From Burkholderiales bacterium (lineage in GTDB: Bacteria > Pseudomonadota > Gammaproteobacteria > Burkholderiales > SG8-39), in the NCBI GenBank assembly GCA_035280025.1, contig DATEGT010000046.1, forward strand, positions 26,153 through 90,152: DNA of 64,000 nt, given 5' to 3'. The notes under the pieces were generated by a model. That model was not told the origin of the DNA. It did no database searches and worked only from the letters and a program-made list of their open reading frames with translations. The translations under genes were made by a program, and so were the position numbers. The number at the start of each line of letters is the position of its first letter. Position 1 is the first letter of the stretch. This document shows positions 60,780-64,000 of this stretch, piece by piece.

Positions 60780-61805
60780 CTAGCGCGACGCGGTCAGATC
60801 CCGCAGCATGCCTTCAAGCCCGTTCACGACGCGCGCGAGCCGCTCGTAATCGAGCTTGTCCGGCGTGTCGCGCGGCGTGTGGTAATGGGGATAGCGGAAC
60901 GGCGCGGTATCGGTCACCATCAGCGCCAGCCAGCCGTGGCGCCAGTAGGCCCAGTGGTCGGAGCGCCCCGCGTCCGGGATGAAGTCGGGAAGCGCGCCGC
61001 CTTCCGCCGGGAACGCCGCGTGCGCGCGGAACGAGCCGACGGCCCGGCGCACCAGGCGCCGCGAGCGCAGGTTGCCGACGAATCCGATGAAGTCGCCCGT
61101 CCGGGGATAGAGCAGGCTCAGGGGAGCGGGATAGCGCTGGCTGCCGGGCTCGTCGCTGTAGTAGCCGATGGTTTCGAGCGAGATCATCGCGAGCACCTGC
61201 CTTCCCGCGCTCGCGAGCGCGTCGGCGTGTACCAGGCTGCCCATGTGCTCCGTGCGCGCATACGGCTCCTCCTCGTTGACGTAGAACACGAGCCTCAGCT
61301 CAACGCCGTTCGCGGGGCGGAAGTCCTTGAGCATGCGCGCCAGCTCCAGCAACGCGGCGACGCCCGAGCCGTTGTCGTTCGCGCCGACCGCGCCCGCCCT
61401 CGAGTCGTAGTGCGCGCCGACCACGACCACGGCGGCCGGACCCGCCGCGTCGCCGGAAATCGCCGCTTCGAGGTTGCGCACGTTCACGCCTCCGGTCTCG
61501 AACTCCTGGCGGCGGACAGCGTAGCCCAGCGCCGACAGCGAGGCCTCGATGTAGCGCGCCGAGCGCTCCAGCGCTTCGGGACGAACGACGTTGTGCTCCT
61601 CGCTCGCGACCGCAAGGACGTGCGCCTCGAGGCGATCCGCGAGCTGCGCCGTTGCGGCATCGAGCGGCGGCAGCGGGCCGCGGTGGCTCGCGCCGGGCAT
61701 CCCCGCGACGAGCCACGCGGCGAAACCGGCGACAACGGCGAGCGCCGTCAGGAAGATCAGGGCGAAGGTGAGCACGATGCGGCCGCCGCGGCGCGGCAGC
61801 TTCAT
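60780..61805 (-). CDS. M28-family aminopeptidase, membrane-anchored
   Basis: N-terminal TM helix. GAHYDS..ANDNGSGVAALLELAR zinc-ligand pattern. Confidence 0.8.
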   Translation of the reverse strand: MKLPRRGGRIVLTFALIFLTALAVVAGFAAWLVAGMPGASHRGPLPPLDAATAQLADRLEAHVLAVASEEHNVVRPEALERSARYIEASLSALGYAVRRQEFETGGVNVRNLEAAISGDAAGPAAVVVVGAHYDSRAGAVGANDNGSGVAALLELARMLKDFRPANGVELRLVFYVNEEEPYARTEHMGSLVHADALASAGRQVLAMISLETIGYYSDEPGSQRYPAPLSLLYPRTGDFIGFVGNLRSRRLVRRAVGSFRAHAAFPAEGGALPDFIPDAGRSDHWAYWRHGWLALMVTDTAPFRYPHYHTPRDTPDKLDYERLARVVNGLEGMLRDLTASR

Positions 61806-61827
61806 TGACGGTAGTCTTGCGTCGAGT

Positions 61828-62262
61828 CTACTCGGGCCAGTTCTTGATATAGCCCTTCAGCATGCGGTTCTCGAAGTCCTGCTCCTCAAGCACCGCCTTG
61901 GCGACGTCGCGGAAGGACACCACGCCGATGAGCTTGTCCCGCTCCATCACCGGAAGGTACCGCGCGCCCGAATCGATCATGGTTCGCCGGAGGTCGTTCA
62001 CTTCCATGCCGGGACTGGCGATCACCGGATCGTGCTCCATGATCTCGCCGACCTTCGCCTCGCCGACCGAGCCCCGGCCCTTGTCGAGCGCCACGAGGAC
62101 CTCCCTGAAGGTGAGCATGCCGACCATGCGGCCCTTCTCGATCACCACCAGCGAGCCCATGTTGTGCTCGGCCATCACCGAGACCGCCTCGCTCAGCTTG
62201 CCGTCGGGCGCGATCGTGAAGAGAGCGTTGCCTTTCACCTTGAGGATCTCGCTCACCTGCAT
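61828..62262 (-). CDS. CBS-domain pair protein
   Basis: 144 aa with two CBS repeats. ATG at 62262 after GGGGGAG. The track ORF is extended upstream. Confidence 0.85.
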   Translation of the reverse strand: MQVSEILKVKGNALFTIAPDGKLSEAVSVMAEHNMGSLVVIEKGRMVGMLTFREVLVALDKGRGSVGEAKVGEIMEHDPVIASPGMEVNDLRRTMIDSGARYLPVMERDKLIGVVSFRDVAKAVLEEQDFENRMLKGYIKNWPE

Positions 62263-62365
62263 GGCTCCCCCTCTGCAGTGTCTCCCCCCGAAACGATAAT
62301 ACCCCCACACATCGCGCCATGCCAGGCGCGCAATCTGGTAAGGTTGGCGCCCGAGGGAGACTGCG

Positions 62366-63214
62366 ATGCGATTCGACTGGTCGAAGCTGGGACGAACCCC
62401 GCCCGCCGGGCTCGTCTTCGCCCGCGGCCTCGCGCACCACGCGGCGCAGTGGCCGACCCGGGCGGCGCGCGCGAACCTCAGGTCGGTCGCGGACGACAGC
62501 CACTCCGCGTTCTCCTGGGAATCCTCGCACTCGGCGCTGCTCACGCAGGGGCTACCGGCGAAGGGCGGCGAGGTTCGCGTCGGCATCCGCATCCCGCGGC
62601 TAGAGATGATCATCACGCGCGGCGCCAATGTGCTCGACGCCTTCCAGTTCGACGGCAAGACCGACGCGCAGGGAGGCGCCTGGCTCGACGCCAAGCTCCG
62701 CGTGCTCGGCCTCAAGCTCGCGGGCGACGTGCAGCTCCCCTACGAGCTTCCCCCTCATCCGAACGGCGACGCGCCTCACGCGCTCGGCCGGCTCGGGCGC
62801 GAGCTGGGGGAGCTCGCGCGCTGGTTCAGCGGCTCGGCCGACGTCCTGGAAGAGTTCGCGTCCAAGCTTCGCGGCCCCCGCGCAAGCCCGGTGACCTGCT
62901 GGCCGCACCATTTCGATATCGCGACGCTGGTCAAGCTGGAGGAAGGCCAGCCGGCGAACGCGCGCTCGATCGGGATCGGCGTGTCCCCCGGCGACGGGTA
63001 CTACGCGCAGCCGTATGCGTACATCAGTCCCTGGCCGCGCTTCGACGGAGAAAAGCTCCCCGACGCGCCGTCACCGGGCCATTGGCACACCGAAGGATTC
63101 TTCGGCGCGGTGGCGACCGGGGACGCCATCCTCGCGATGGGCGACCGCGGGCGGGGGCTCATGGCGTTCATCACCGCGGCGTTCGACATCAGCCGGGCGC
63201 GGCTCGGCGCCTGA
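62366..63214 (+). CDS. Conserved-looking hypothetical protein
   Basis: 282-aa ORF with SD GAGGGAGA and high GC3. I cannot assign a family with confidence. Confidence 0.65.
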   Translation: MRFDWSKLGRTPPAGLVFARGLAHHAAQWPTRAARANLRSVADDSHSAFSWESSHSALLTQGLPAKGGEVRVGIRIPRLEMIITRGANVLDAFQFDGKTDAQGGAWLDAKLRVLGLKLAGDVQLPYELPPHPNGDAPHALGRLGRELGELARWFSGSADVLEEFASKLRGPRASPVTCWPHHFDIATLVKLEEGQPANARSIGIGVSPGDGYYAQPYAYISPWPRFDGEKLPDAPSPGHWHTEGFFGAVATGDAILAMGDRGRGLMAFITAAFDISRARLGA

Positions 63215-63225
63215 AAGGACCCACC

Positions 63226-64000
63226 ATGATTCCGAGAACCGCCTGCCTCGTCGCGCTGTGCCTGCTCGGCACGGCCGCAATCGCCCAGAGCTACCCCACC
63301 CGCCCGGCGCGCATGCTGGTCGGCTTCACGCCCGGGGGCGGCGTCGACATCAATGCGCGCCTCGCCGCCTCCAAGCTGAGCGAATACCTGGGGCAGCAGT
63401 TCATCGTCGAAAACCGGCCCGGGGCCGGAACCAACATCGCCAACGAGGCGGTCGCGAAAGCGGCGCCCGACGGCTACACGCTGCTCTTCACCAGCCCCGC
63501 GGTGGCGATCAACATGTCGCTCTACAAGAATCCGCCCTACGACGCGCTGCGCGATCTCACCGGTGTGTCGGTGTTCTCGGAAAGCACCAACCTCCTCGTC
63601 GTGCCCGCGTCGCTCCCGGTGAGGTCGGTGCAGGAGCTTCTCGCGCTCGCGCGCGCGAAACCCGGCGGGCTCAACTATTCCTCCGCCGGACCGGGCACGA
63701 CGCAGCACCTCGCCGGCGAGCTGTTCAAGCTGCGCACCGGGACGAGCATCGTCCACGTACCCTACAAGGGCAGCGCGCCTTCGCTCACGGCGCTCATCTC
63801 GGGCCAGGTCCAGCTTTCATTCGTGAACCCGGTCGCGATCGGCCAGTACGTCAAGGCCGGGCGCCTGCGCGCCCTGGCGGTCGCCGGCGCGAAGCGGACT
63901 TCCTTCCTCCCCGACGTGCCCACGATGAAGGAGGCCGGCGTCGAGGGCGTCGAAGTGCCGCTGTGGTACGGCCTGCTCGCTCCCTCCGCAACGCCGGGCC
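63226..64000 (+). CDS. Bug/TctC-family tripartite tricarboxylate transporter substrate-binding protein (3'-truncated by the window edge)
   Basis: Signal peptide, then YPTRPARMLVGFTPGGGVDI..ENRPGAGTNIA..YSSAGPGTTQHL, typical of Bug proteins. Absent from the ORF track because no stop falls in the window. Confidence 0.85.
   Translation, partial: MIPRTACLVALCLLGTAAIAQSYPTRPARMLVGFTPGGGVDINARLAASKLSEYLGQQFIVENRPGAGTNIANEAVAKAAPDGYTLLFTSPAVAINMSLYKNPPYDALRDLTGVSVFSESTNLLVVPASLPVRSVQELLALARAKPGGLNYSSAGPGTTQHLAGELFKLRTGTSIVHVPYKGSAPSLTALISGQVQLSFVNPVAIGQYVKAGRLRALAVAGAKRTSFLPDVPTMKEAGVEGVEVPLWYGLLAPSATPG

Overview
This is a high-GC chromosomal core segment of betaproteobacterial type (judged from gene order and protein sequences). 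It is almost fully coding: about 58 protein genes, 2 tRNAs and 1 tRNA fragment. In order it contains:
- prfB (3' end) and lysS, then small envelope and transport genes
- a patatin-like lipase, rimO, phaR and a PHA cluster (phaC plus two tandem phaB paralogs, no phaA)
- a tRNA-Pro locus where a duplicated tRNA 3' half brackets a 1.7-kb single-gene insert
- the string tRNA-Val/thrS-infC-rpmI-rplT-pheS-pheT-ihfA-merR
- recN-nadK, divergent from hrcA-hemH-grpE-dnaK-dnaJ, with two sigma32-type promoters
- two tandem orphan LivK-type binding proteins
- cysS, then ppiA-ppiB-lpxH
- metZ behind a leader that contains a terminator (SAM-II-like riboswitch candidate)
- accD-folC-dedD-cvpA-purF
- truA-trpF-trpB-[orphan DNA methyltransferase]-trpA
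- fimV, then leuC-leuD-leuB-asd
- an M48 protease divergent from a 985-aa membrane/spermidine-synthase-like fusion
- aroC, adaA/alkA-ogt, an M28 peptidase, a CBS protein, a hypothetical protein, and a Bug/TctC binding protein (3'-truncated)

I found no CRISPR array, transposase, integrase, or recognisable defence or toxin system, and no convincing novel multi-gene system. The items most worth a second look are the metZ leader, the tRNA-Pro half-repeat insert with its orphan membrane protein, the methyltransferase translationally coupled inside the trp operon, the large membrane/PABS-fold fusion protein, and rimO lacking a canonical start codon. Many long ORFs in the six-frame track are antisense or alternate-frame artefacts of high GC. 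Small-motif coordinates were indexed by hand and may be off by 1-2 nt.
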